Position numbers and translations under genes: made by a program. The notes under the pieces were generated by a model. It did no database searches. It was not told where the DNA came from and saw only the letters and a list, made by a program, of their open reading frames with translations. This document shows positions 1 to 8,783 of a stretch of DNA of 64,000 nucleotides, in pieces. Every line of letters begins with the position of its first letter. The first letter of the stretch is position 1. This DNA comes from an uncultured Candidatus Bathyarchaeia archaeon (GTDB lineage: Archaea; Thermoproteota; Bathyarchaeia; Bathyarchaeales; Bathycorpusculaceae). The stretch is taken from assembly GCA_964591705.1 (NCBI GenBank), contig CAZQCX010000004.1:2473-66472 (forward strand), in the 5' to 3' direction.

Positions 1-293
1 ACGCAGAACCAACGGTCAGGATTAAGGCGCAGATTGACTATTATGAGAAGCGTTTTCCTAATCTTGGGCGCGAATATGGTTACGTACTTCCAGCCATGAA
101 AAAAGCTTCACAAGCGGCTGGAAGACCTATAAGAACTCTCAGAGACCGTGGTGCCATAGTATTCTTGGACTACCGTTTTGGAACAGCTTATTGTCGCGTC
201 TTCCTTCCTTCGTGGGTTACAGCCGGTCTGAAGATATTGCCTGATAGCTGTGGAGTGCTGGGGAGAGAGATAAGCGCCTTCTTTGAACCATGA
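1..293 (+). CDS. Rad3/XPD-type (DinG family) DNA helicase, C-terminal fragment, open at the left window edge
   Basis: Frame 3 is open from nt 3 to the stop at 291-293. Translation ...AGRPIRTLRDRGAIVFLDYRFG... resembles helicase motif VI and the C-terminal end of XPD/Rad3-like helicases. The ATG at 96 in the ORF track is probably internal. Confidence 0.55.
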   Translation, partial: AEPTVRIKAQIDYYEKRFPNLGREYGYVLPAMKKASQAAGRPIRTLRDRGAIVFLDYRFGTAYCRVFLPSWVTAGLKILPDSCGVLGREISAFFEP

Positions 294-296
294 ATT

Positions 297-950
297 TCAA
301 CGAACCAGGCAGTCGTTTCTTCCTCGAAGATAGACGTGTCCAGTTCTTCCCGCTATCCGAATTGCCGAATCGATGTCTTTAAGCCCTCGTCGATGCGCAA
401 TGAAAGGACGGTTTGTACCCGATTCACCCACCACTTCAAAAATCACTTGCTGAGGAAGTTCAGAATCCAAGCTCCTAAGCAGGTCTTTGTACGTTGGCAC
501 TCCATTTCCAATTCTTGCTACAACAACTGTGCGCTCGAAGTCTACGTTTCTGATTAGTTTCTTCACTGCATCCACTACCTCCTTGCGGTCGAAGCAGTTA
601 CCTGTTTCCATGACTTTTCCATCTGCAATTACTGCAAGACCAAAAACTTCGCCAGGATCTATGCCTATCAGAATCCTGTCGTAGCTCTCTTTACCTTGCA
701 GAATTCTTAATGCCTTAGAAACTGTGTCACTTGGCTCGGTTTCGGGCTCGTAGATCAGTATTTTTTCGTGTTCTACTAAATGCTTCTCGCGCTCGGTTGT
801 TATGACAACCTTCGCCTCCGCGGGTAAAACCTCGCCTGGAATCGCGCTTATGAACTGCATATTTCTATTTCTCAGTTCATTGATTAACAAGAAATAGGCC
901 TTTCCAGATACTGTCGCAACTGCCACCTTAGCCCTCATCAAGACTCCCAT
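297..950 (-). CDS. hypothetical protein with RNase H-fold (RuvC/YqgF-like) nuclease signature
   Basis: Within ORF 297..1022. ILIGIDPGEVFGLAVIADGKV looks like the first beta-hairpin with catalytic Asp of RuvC/YqgF-type nucleases. Start placed at ATG 950 (MGVLMRAKV) so that it does not overlap the divergent radB-like gene. Start is uncertain. Confidence 0.45.
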   Translation of the reverse strand: MGVLMRAKVAVATVSGKAYFLLINELRNRNMQFISAIPGEVLPAEAKVVITTEREKHLVEHEKILIYEPETEPSDTVSKALRILQGKESYDRILIGIDPGEVFGLAVIADGKVMETGNCFDRKEVVDAVKKLIRNVDFERTVVVARIGNGVPTYKDLLRSLDSELPQQVIFEVVGESGTNRPFIAHRRGLKDIDSAIRIAGRTGHVYLRGRNDCLVR

Positions 951-953
951 AGC

Positions 954-1709
954 TTGAGTTTGAGCGCAAAACACATTATAAGTCTCGCATTTATATTCGT
1001 TGACGTGACCAATGTGACGCAAAGAATTCTGACAGGCTGCAGATGCATTGATGAAAATACAGGTGGCGGTTTCCCACCCGGTAGCGTCAACTTGATCTAT
1101 GGCGAACCAGAGACTGGGAAATCAACTTTGGCCATGCAGTGCGCCGTGAACTGCTCTATGCAGGGATTGAAAGTGTTGTTCGTTGATTCTGATGGCACTT
1201 TTTCTCCCAAGCGACTTGAGCAGCTGTCAGGAGGAAAATTCGACGAAGTTGCTGTGCTCGTTATTCTCGTGAGACCGACTGATTTCAGAGAGCAGGCTGC
1301 CGTCGTAGATTGCCTCTCAGAGTACACAGCCAAGGGCTTCGGACTAGTTGTAATCGATACAATCACAGGTCTCTATCGCGCCAGAGTCGCGGAAACCTCT
1401 GGAAAAGCGTTTGAACCGAATAGAGAGTTAAACAGACAGATGGCTAGCATAGCTCAAATGGCCAAGATTCGGAAAATCCCTGTCGTAGTCACTAGCCAAG
1501 TTCGTGGTGTCCTAGGAGAGAACAGTGGCGTCGCTCCAGTAGCTACCAGAGTGTTAAAATTCTGGGCTGATGAAATCATCGCTATGAAACCTACCGAGGA
1601 TGTCCAGATCATAAAAGCAGTTCTAGAAGAAACGTCAAAGAGACATAATGAAGTGACCTGCTGCATGAGGATTCGTGAATCTGGTTTTCAGGATTGTTCT
1701 GTCTACTGA
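954..1709 (+). CDS. radB: RadA paralogue, RadB-like recombination ATPase
   Basis: Walker A GEPETGKST, Walker B-like GLVVIDTI, and TFSPKRLEQL as in the RadA/RadB core. No N-terminal HhH domain. In-frame GTG codons at 1005 and 1014 are plausible alternative starts. Confidence 0.7.
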   Translation: MSLSAKHIISLAFIFVDVTNVTQRILTGCRCIDENTGGGFPPGSVNLIYGEPETGKSTLAMQCAVNCSMQGLKVLFVDSDGTFSPKRLEQLSGGKFDEVAVLVILVRPTDFREQAAVVDCLSEYTAKGFGLVVIDTITGLYRARVAETSGKAFEPNRELNRQMASIAQMAKIRKIPVVVTSQVRGVLGENSGVAPVATRVLKFWADEIIAMKPTEDVQIIKAVLEETSKRHNEVTCCMRIRESGFQDCSVY

Positions 1710-1712
1710 CCG

Positions 1713-2228
1713 GTGGTAGCAACTTTGGATTTGCTCTTGCTGATTGGTGAAGCACTAAAATTCATTTTCCCTGCTTATTGTGCGAATGCACTGCCTGTGC
1801 TCGTTGGTGGAGGGCTACCGATGGATTTTGGCAGAAACTTTCTTGACGGCCGCAGGATTTTTGGTAAAAATAAGACCTTCAGGGGGTTTTTCTTTGGCTG
1901 GGGAATAGGCATTCTCGTCGGTCTGGCGGATGGCTCGGTCTTCGGTTTTGACAAGTACAGCGTTGCGTTTAGCATACTAACTCCTCTGGGAGCGCTCTGT
2001 GGCGATCTGGTAGGCGCCTTCATAAAGAGACGATTGAACATCGCTCCTGGGGGGTTGCTTCCGATTGTGGATCAAGTAGACTTCGTAGTCGGAGCGCTCC
2101 TGTTTTCGCTACCTTTGGCGATTGTAACCTTGGAAGTGGCTGTGACTGTTATGGTAATCACTCCACCTATTCATCTGCTCACAAACTTCTTTGCCTTCAA
2201 GTTGAGGCTTAAAAGTAACCCTTGGTAG
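1713..2228 (+). CDS. carS: CDP-archaeol synthase (CDP-2,3-bis-O-geranylgeranyl-sn-glycerol synthase)
   Basis: 171-aa polytopic protein. FPAYCANALPVLVGGG...PMDFG...DGRRIFGKNKTFRGF matches the DUF46/CarS signature. GTG start. Confidence 0.75.
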   Translation: MVATLDLLLLIGEALKFIFPAYCANALPVLVGGGLPMDFGRNFLDGRRIFGKNKTFRGFFFGWGIGILVGLADGSVFGFDKYSVAFSILTPLGALCGDLVGAFIKRRLNIAPGGLLPIVDQVDFVVGALLFSLPLAIVTLEVAVTVMVITPPIHLLTNFFAFKLRLKSNPW

Positions 2229-2231
2229 GGT

Positions 2232-2654
2232 TTAGATCCCCTGACTCTTGGTAAGGATGGCTCCCTCCAAGAACAGATAGGACAACAGAACGAGTGTTAC
2301 ACCTATTATCATGCTCATATAAGCTTGTCTCGGCTTGAAAGCGCTTTTCGTGCTCCGATAAATGAGCAGCAAACCTGCAAGACCAATCGCGTAAAGCATG
2401 GCAGAAAACACTGTGTCCATCACAAACTGCTGGTCCAGAGCGGGATAGAGGAAATAGAATTGTCTGCCAGTGTAAACTGCCACTGGCGGTTGATTGATGA
2501 GTGTGAGTAGGCCTCCGCTGAAGAGGAATGTGGCAAAAGTGATCATGGCAAGCGCTGTTGTTATAGGTGAAGGTTTCGAAGTCGAAAGTCGCCGGAACCA
2601 ACGACTCAATGAGAAAGAAATTGACGATGCCTGTCTTTTAGCTTTCTTCGACAT
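2232..2654 (-). CDS. small 3-TM membrane protein, OSTC/DC2 (Ost3/Ost6 family)-like
   Basis: 140 aa with a basic N-terminus and three predicted TM helices. From-memory alignment to human OSTC: [18 protein letters not shown] vs [54 protein letters not shown] vs [34 protein letters not shown]. Family call needs a profile search. Confidence 0.5.
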   Translation of the reverse strand: [140 protein letters not shown]

Positions 2655-2871
2655 TTCCTTTTTCCTCTTTGCTAATTAGATATTCAGCTACTTCCTTAGC
2701 CCATTTTCCTGTGAGATGGTTGTCTCTGATTCTCCTTAAATAGTCTTCCCATGAGATCTTTAAACCTTTCTTCCAAACTTTGTAGCTCTGGGTTATCCTC
2801 AGGTACGTTCGTCGATGCAATTGGCAAAATTCTCCTTCTCTTGGCTCATTGTCGCAAACTCTGCACTGCAT
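2638..2871 (-). CDS. hypothetical small protein with N-terminal Cys/His cluster
   Basis: 77 aa, MQCRVCDNEPREGEFCQLH... (CxxC...CxxH). Packed 1 nt after topA and overlapping the next gene by 17 nt, consistent with co-transcription. Confidence 0.5.
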   Translation of the reverse strand: MQCRVCDNEPREGEFCQLHRRTYLRITQSYKVWKKGLKISWEDYLRRIRDNHLTGKWAKEVAEYLISKEEKGNVEES

Positions 2872-2872
2872 A

Positions 2873-4942
2873 TTAGTGTTTTCCTCTCTTACCTGAGCAT
2901 TGAGGGTTAAGACACAAGGTCAAAGGGTGTTTTCTGTTCAGCAGAATTTTGATTTTTGGGCAATTACAAACTCTGCAGGTTCCCAAGAACCTAATTAGAC
3001 CTTGTTGGGGAAGAGGAAAGGCTGTTTTGCATTTCCCTTCAAAATATTGTGTGCAACCTAAGAATCGCTTGCTCGTTTTCTTTGACCGAACTACCAGTAA
3101 TCTTCCAGTTTTGCATGTTGGGCAATTTCCAACTGTTCTGCCTTCAAGCCGAGTCTTCTGAAACGCATGGCTAAGCCCTGTTCCGATTGCCTGCTCCCTG
3201 TCTTTCAGTTTCTCCGTAATAGGCTTCAGAGTTGCTATTACCTCTCTAATCAAATCTTCTCTTGTCATCTTGCCATTTTGAATCATCGCCATTTTCTCCT
3301 CGAGTATCTTTGTTAGATGGGGGGATGAAAAAGCTGGGCAATTAGTCAAGAGCACGTCTGCTACTTCAAATCCCAATTCTGTCACCTCCATATTTCTGCC
3401 GCTGATGAATTTCCGATCGTAGAGTGTTTGAATGATTCCTGCGCGGGTTGCCTTGGTGCCAATCCCTTCTTTTTGCATCTTCCTGAGAATCGTGCTTGGG
3501 TTGTATCTTGGTGGCGGTCGAGTGAATTTCTCCTCCACAAGAATTTTTCTAACTTCCACGCGGCCGCCTTTTTCTGTCGGAGGGAGGGGCTTCACATATG
3601 AATCTATGTACTGTCTATAGTAGTACATCCATCCTTCAAATACTGTTTTCACTCCATAAGCATGGAAGCGGTGTCCTTCTATCTCAACGGTTATTTTCGT
3701 TTTGCTAGCTATTGCACGGTCGCCAAATGCTGCCATGTATCTTCGAACCACTAGGTTCCATATGTTTCTCTCGGCTTTGCCGAGGTCCCTGTCAGGTAGG
3801 TTTCCAGTTGGATAGATTGCGGGATGTGCTTGGTCTTCACCTCTGCCCTGTCTTGGTGTTAACGTAGGTTTTGCGAGGAGATGAGTAGCATATTCTCCAT
3901 GTTCTTGGCTTCTGACCAAGTGCTCCAAGACTGCTCTATGTCCAATTGCAGGAGGGAGTTTCTGACTGCTGGTTCTCGGGTATGAGATCAAGGCATCAAT
4001 GTACAGGCGCTGAGAGATCTTGCTCGTTTGCACAGGTGTGTATCCGAAAAGCCTGTACGCTTCAGTCTGCAAACTTGTTAGGTCAAACGGCGGTGGAGGC
4101 TCTTTCAAAAACTTGGTGTTTTCAATTGCCTCGACTCTTCCGCTCTTCCCTTTACATGCTTTGGCTATTCGCTCTGCTTCTTCCTTGATGTCTATTCTGT
4201 TCCTTTCAGAGTCGACCTCTAAGTCAGAGTTGTCGATTCTAACAACAGCTTTCACTGTCCAATATGGCGTAGGAACGAAACTCTGTATGTTCTTTTCGCG
4301 TCTGGCGACGAACCTGAGAGTCGGTCCTTGGACTCTGCCAGAGCTTATAGTGATGTGTGAGCCACTCATTTTTCTGGCTGCGTTGGTTAAGGCTCTCGAT
4401 AGATTTACTCCGTAAAGCCAGTCTACTTCGTGTCTCGCGCAGCCTGCCTCTATGAGGGCGAAGTCGAGGGCTGGTAGTGCCTCAAGGTAGGCTCGTTCGA
4501 TCTCCTCCTTTGTTAGAGTGGAGTATTTCATTCGTCTGGCGGAATGCTGTTTTCCATCACAGGCAAATTTTAGAATATTATAACCAATTACGTTGCCCTC
4601 GATGTCAAAGTCACAAGCGTCGATGAAAGCTCCCGCGTTCTTTGCGAGTTTTGAAATGGTCGCAATCCAGGTGCGGATGTTCTTCGCTTTGAGTTTTGCC
4701 TCATACAAAGGAATCCATTTGTACTCGAATGCAGGATACACCAATCTGTCTTCTTTCGCTTCTCCCACCGTGTAAAGATGCCCAAGTGCTGGAACGATCA
4801 AGATGTCTCCGTTTCTTCTGGCAATGTAGAAAGGTACTCCCTTTTCCATTCTCTTCCTTGGTTTTCCATCCAAGTCTAGGGCGTAAGCTATTCGCGCAGC
4901 TGCATCAGGCTTCTCTGTTATGATCAGCGTATAGCTCTGCAA
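2873..4942 (-). CDS. topA: type IA DNA topoisomerase (topoisomerase I/III family) with C-terminal zinc ribbons
   Basis: Toprim motifs ITEKPDAA and DFDIEGN, active-site Tyr region ISYPRTSSQ, C-terminal CPTCKTG...GCTQY..GKC and CRVCNCP zinc fingers. TTG start. Confidence 0.9.
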   Translation of the reverse strand: MQSYTLIITEKPDAAARIAYALDLDGKPRKRMEKGVPFYIARRNGDILIVPALGHLYTVGEAKEDRLVYPAFEYKWIPLYEAKLKAKNIRTWIATISKLAKNAGAFIDACDFDIEGNVIGYNILKFACDGKQHSARRMKYSTLTKEEIERAYLEALPALDFALIEAGCARHEVDWLYGVNLSRALTNAARKMSGSHITISSGRVQGPTLRFVARREKNIQSFVPTPYWTVKAVVRIDNSDLEVDSERNRIDIKEEAERIAKACKGKSGRVEAIENTKFLKEPPPPFDLTSLQTEAYRLFGYTPVQTSKISQRLYIDALISYPRTSSQKLPPAIGHRAVLEHLVRSQEHGEYATHLLAKPTLTPRQGRGEDQAHPAIYPTGNLPDRDLGKAERNIWNLVVRRYMAAFGDRAIASKTKITVEIEGHRFHAYGVKTVFEGWMYYYRQYIDSYVKPLPPTEKGGRVEVRKILVEEKFTRPPPRYNPSTILRKMQKEGIGTKATRAGIIQTLYDRKFISGRNMEVTELGFEVADVLLTNCPAFSSPHLTKILEEKMAMIQNGKMTREDLIREVIATLKPITEKLKDREQAIGTGLSHAFQKTRLEGRTVGNCPTCKTGRLLVVRSKKTSKRFLGCTQYFEGKCKTAFPLPQQGLIRFLGTCRVCNCPKIKILLNRKHPLTLCLNPQCSGKRGKH

Positions 4943-5173
4943 GCGGTTTAGGGTCCTCCTCCTTCTAATTCCGCGTTCTTTAAAATAAGCTTGTTAAGGC
5001 CTGTTGGAACTTGCCTAACACCTGTCTTGATGCTGCCTCTCGTGTTGCCACTAAGGTTCCCTTTTGACCTTGGCTACTGGACGATGACAGAAAAACGTGG
5101 GCAATTTGCCAACTTAGCAACCAATAAATACCGCACATGCTTTATTTTCCATTCATTTCAGGGGTGAAGACGT

Positions 5174-5338
5174 TTGCCGCAACGCGTCGTTTGCTATGGG
5201 TGCAATTATGTTCTGTACGAAGGTGCTGAGCTCAAACCTCCGGATGAGATTCTCCAGAAATATAATGGTAACTGCCCAAAATGCGACAAGAAGCTCTCAC
5301 TGCTGCCAATTGATGTCGAAGTGAAGCCTTTGAAATAG
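5174..5338 (+). CDS. possible small zinc-ribbon protein (54 aa), not in the ORF track
   Basis: TTG at 5174 is preceded by GGGGTGA (5161-5167, Shine-Dalgarno-like, 6-nt spacer). Translation LPQRVVCYGCNYVLYEGAELKPPDEILQKYNGNCPKCDKKLSLLPIDVEVKPLK has two CxxC pairs. Stop TAG at 5336-5338. Confidence 0.35.
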   Translation: MPQRVVCYGCNYVLYEGAELKPPDEILQKYNGNCPKCDKKLSLLPIDVEVKPLK

Positions 5339-5570
5339 CATTGCATCTGGCTTCAGGAAGAATATTACGAAGTAGTCGATGTCGACCTTTTGGTTGGGCG
5401 CGTTTCTTCAAACTCCTGTTTGGATAGCCACGCCATAGGATCTTTCGTTAAGAATAAGAGAGCAGCTTTTTGGAAAGCCATAAATAAACGGTCCAATGTG
5501 ATATTAGCCAAGATCAACGGCAACATTAAATAAAAGACAGCGCAAAGCAGTAAGAAAAGGATGACCTGAG

Positions 5571-7862
5571 TTGGGGATTAGGGAGACGATATCGAGAGAC
5601 AACATTGCCAGCAGCCTCAGGAAACTTGGGAAACTGCGTCTAAATGTGAGTCATGCGAGAATAATCTCAATTTCAGCTATTCTTCTCATACTTTTTATTT
5701 CATTCACGATACGAATTTTGCCTCTTAGATGGGAAATTCCGCTGGGCGTTGTTCGCCTTAACGAATTTGATCCATACTATCAGTTCATTCTGACCCAGAG
5801 AATGGTTCAAAACGGCGTGCTCTCGCCTTATTATCCTGAACCTTGGGTTTTCAAGCAGCTCTGGTCACCGCAGGGTCTAGATATGTCTATCTCGTTGCCT
5901 TCACTGCCTGCTACCGCTGCAATCCTCTATAGCATTGTGTCGTTGCTGGGAATAAACGTAGATTTGATGATGTTCTGTTCCTTTTTCCCTGCTGTTGCGG
6001 GAACGATCAGCGTTTTGATCATCTACTTTCTGGGGAAAGACTTGGGTGGAAAGCCTGTCGGCATGTTGGCTGCTCTTTTTCTGGCACTGTCGCCTTCGTT
6101 CATCCAGAGGACAGCTCTTGGCTTCTTTGACACTGAAGTTCCGGGTATACTCGGTATACTCCTGTTTAGCCTCCTATTCCTGCGTGCTATCGACGAGAAT
6201 AGAACGCTTCGTTCTTCCATGGCTTACACTTTTGGCGCTGCGTTTACATTGGCTTATCTTATCCTCGGCTGGGGCGCGGCGTATTTCATGCTAGGGCTAT
6301 CCTCCCTGTATGTGCTTGTCTTGATCTTGCTCAGGAAATACAGCCAGCGTCTCTTGCTTTCCTACAGTATAGTTTTTGGGGTTGCCCTTCTCATAGCAAC
6401 CAAAGCTCCAATAATAACGCTCAACTATCTTGTCTCCGCTGCGGTCCTTCCAGTTGCGGGGGTCTTTCTGCTTCTATGTCTATCCGAAATACTTCGTAAT
6501 CAATTGTCGATGCGAACGAAGCTCTTCTTGGTGGTAGGTTCAATAATTGTGATTGTAAGTGGGTTTGTGTCTCTCTGGCATCTCGGGCTCATGCAAAGTA
6601 TCGCCGGAAAGTTCATAACGGTCTTGGATCCGTTTATGAGGTCGACTTCGCCTTTGATAGAATCGGTGGCTGAGCATCGAGTTTCTGCTTGGGGAAACAT
6701 CTACATTGAATTGGGCGTAAGCATACTCTTTTTCCTTGGCGGATTGTATTTCACTCTGAGAAATCCAACGAATAGAAATGTTTTCCTCCTCCTTTTCGGT
6801 TTGACTTCTCTCTACTTCGCAGCCTCCATGGTTCGCCTCCTGGCTATTTTTTCGTCCGCGTTTTGTCTTCTAGTTGCTGCTGGTGTAGTTGGGGTCCTAA
6901 AGCCATTCTTCACATTACTTAAGGAAACACCACAAATTGTGACGAGGACAAAGCGGGGAATCGCGCGGGTAAGCAAGGAATACAGTGGAGTGGCAGTTTT
7001 TCTTGTGTTCACTCTCTTAGTTACCCAGTTTGCTTTCTCGCCTCAAAACAGTGGTGTGCCCAGAGTTTATGGACAGGCGTATAATCCGCTTACTGTTGCC
7101 GCAAGCAGTCTTCCTATCTCCACAAATGTGAACGAATGGGCAAATATGCTCAGCTACACCCAAAGCAATCTCCAGTCTACAGACGTCGTTGGATCATGGT
7201 GGGACTACGGCTATTGGTTGACAATACTTGGTAATGTAACAACGTTGGCTGACAATGCAACTGTGAACTTCACACAAATAGAGGATATCGGATTCTTCAT
7301 GATGGCGAATGAAACGAATGCTCTGAAAATGCTTGAACAGTATGGTGCCAAGTATATCCTTGTGTTCACAACGCTTCAGCTAAGCCAGTCAAGTAGTGGC
7401 TCAACATACATTGCCAGTTTTGGCAGATGGGGCGACGAAGGTAAATGGTCATGGATGGCAAAAATCTCGGGACAGGCACAGAATCGCTTCATACGAAGCG
7501 GTTTCATTGACGAGCAATCCTCATGGTCAGATGAGAAGGCTTTCGGGAACTACACTCTAGGCAAGATCTGGATCGATTCAAACAACAACGGTCAAGTTGA
7601 CACAGGCGAGATTGCAAACAGTCCGAAGGGGATGGCTTCGACAATATATAGACTCATGAGCTGGGCGAAACAGCGATGGACAGAAAACACAGGCGGGCAA
7701 GCGTCTCCAGACGAGACTGCTGAACGGCCTTATTACTTCAAAGAGGCTTACTTCAGCGGGGTTAACACTGCTCCACTTACATATGGCGGGATAATTCCTC
7801 TCGTTGCTCTTTATGAGATAGATTGGCAGGCATACTACTCGGCGACCAGAGCAGTTGGCTAA
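5571..7862 (+). CDS. aglB: dolichyl-phosphooligosaccharide-protein glycotransferase (archaeal oligosaccharyltransferase, STT3 family)
   Basis: 763 aa. Multi-TM N-terminal half with NEFDPYYQF, and the diagnostic WWDYGYW (WWDYG) motif in the C-terminal soluble domain. Confidence 0.9.
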   Translation: MGIRETISRDNIASSLRKLGKLRLNVSHARIISISAILLILFISFTIRILPLRWEIPLGVVRLNEFDPYYQFILTQRMVQNGVLSPYYPEPWVFKQLWSPQGLDMSISLPSLPATAAILYSIVSLLGINVDLMMFCSFFPAVAGTISVLIIYFLGKDLGGKPVGMLAALFLALSPSFIQRTALGFFDTEVPGILGILLFSLLFLRAIDENRTLRSSMAYTFGAAFTLAYLILGWGAAYFMLGLSSLYVLVLILLRKYSQRLLLSYSIVFGVALLIATKAPIITLNYLVSAAVLPVAGVFLLLCLSEILRNQLSMRTKLFLVVGSIIVIVSGFVSLWHLGLMQSIAGKFITVLDPFMRSTSPLIESVAEHRVSAWGNIYIELGVSILFFLGGLYFTLRNPTNRNVFLLLFGLTSLYFAASMVRLLAIFSSAFCLLVAAGVVGVLKPFFTLLKETPQIVTRTKRGIARVSKEYSGVAVFLVFTLLVTQFAFSPQNSGVPRVYGQAYNPLTVAASSLPISTNVNEWANMLSYTQSNLQSTDVVGSWWDYGYWLTILGNVTTLADNATVNFTQIEDIGFFMMANETNALKMLEQYGAKYILVFTTLQLSQSSSGSTYIASFGRWGDEGKWSWMAKISGQAQNRFIRSGFIDEQSSWSDEKAFGNYTLGKIWIDSNNNGQVDTGEIANSPKGMASTIYRLMSWAKQRWTENTGGQASPDETAERPYYFKEAYFSGVNTAPLTYGGIIPLVALYEIDWQAYYSATRAVG

Positions 7863-8754
7863 TCGAAGAGGGACGAACTTGTTTCCGCGAGTCCCAGATC
7901 AGCACAAGGCGGGTAAACCTCTTGTTTCAAATGGGCTGGGCGTCGCATATGTTTTGTTTACAAGCGTTTACCTTTTTTCCCTGTATTTCTTGGGCGTGGC
8001 CAAACCAGTGGATGGAGTTTCTGCACCTCTAACATTAGCGGTTTGTGTCCTTTTTGGAGGTTTCATGGGGCTACTTGATGATTGGATGGATTTGCGGTGG
8101 CGTTATAAAGCCTTCATGCCTTTGGTTGCAGCATTGCCTCTTGTCTATTTGGCTCGTGATTATGGTTTGCGAACCTCAGTGTCGCTGCCTTTTTTGGGAG
8201 TGTTTGACTTCTCAAACGCTTACTACTTCGTGATCATACCGTTGATTGTGATGATAGTTACTAATACTGTAAACCAATTAGGTGGGTTGAACGGGTTGGA
8301 GACAATCTGCCCTGGGATAGTGCTTGCTGGGTTATTGGCGACTTCTGAACTGCTTTTTCAACCATATTTCACTTTGATGCTTGGACCATTGCTTCTCTGG
8401 CTTGGTTTGTCTGTGCTCAATGTTCAGGGCAAGCTTTTTGTTGGCAATTCAGGCTCATTTTCAATTGGAATGACCATCGCTGCCTTCGCCGTAATAACAG
8501 ATTTGAAGCTTGGTTTGGCCATTTCGATTCTGCCTTACGTCTTCAATTCAATATTGATTTTGCTGACTGTTTTCTTTGTCAGGAAGAAAGCAAATGTTAC
8601 TTTTGACGGAAAAAAACTTGTTTCAGATCATAGGAGAAGTTTGGTCACTCTCATTACTTACAAGAGGCCATTAGCTGAGCGTACTGTGGTTGCAGTAATA
8701 TCCTTGTTGATGGCGATATCCACAGCTATTGCAATCATAGTCGAGATTTTCTAG
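7855..8754 (+). CDS. UDP-GlcNAc:dolichyl-phosphate GlcNAc-1-phosphate transferase-like (glycosyltransferase family 4, Alg7/AglH/MraY superfamily)
   Basis: Polytopic protein with LLDDWMDL (DD motif) and NTVNQLGGLNGLE (NxxNxxxGxNGLE, as in eukaryotic/archaeal GPT). Overlaps aglB by 8 nt. Confidence 0.75.
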   Translation: MANRRGTNLFPRVPDQHKAGKPLVSNGLGVAYVLFTSVYLFSLYFLGVAKPVDGVSAPLTLAVCVLFGGFMGLLDDWMDLRWRYKAFMPLVAALPLVYLARDYGLRTSVSLPFLGVFDFSNAYYFVIIPLIVMIVTNTVNQLGGLNGLETICPGIVLAGLLATSELLFQPYFTLMLGPLLLWLGLSVLNVQGKLFVGNSGSFSIGMTIAAFAVITDLKLGLAISILPYVFNSILILLTVFFVRKKANVTFDGKKLVSDHRRSLVTLITYKRPLAERTVVAVISLLMAISTAIAIIVEIF

Positions 8755-8762
8755 GCGAAGAC

Positions 8763-8769
8763 TTTTTTT
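8763..8769 (+). terminator. oligo-T tract, candidate archaeal terminator downstream of the GT4 gene
   Basis: T7 run begins 9 nt after the stop codon at 8752-8754. Archaeal RNA polymerase terminates at oligo-T stretches. Confidence 0.3.
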
Positions 8770-8783
8770 CCACCGTGCTGGCG

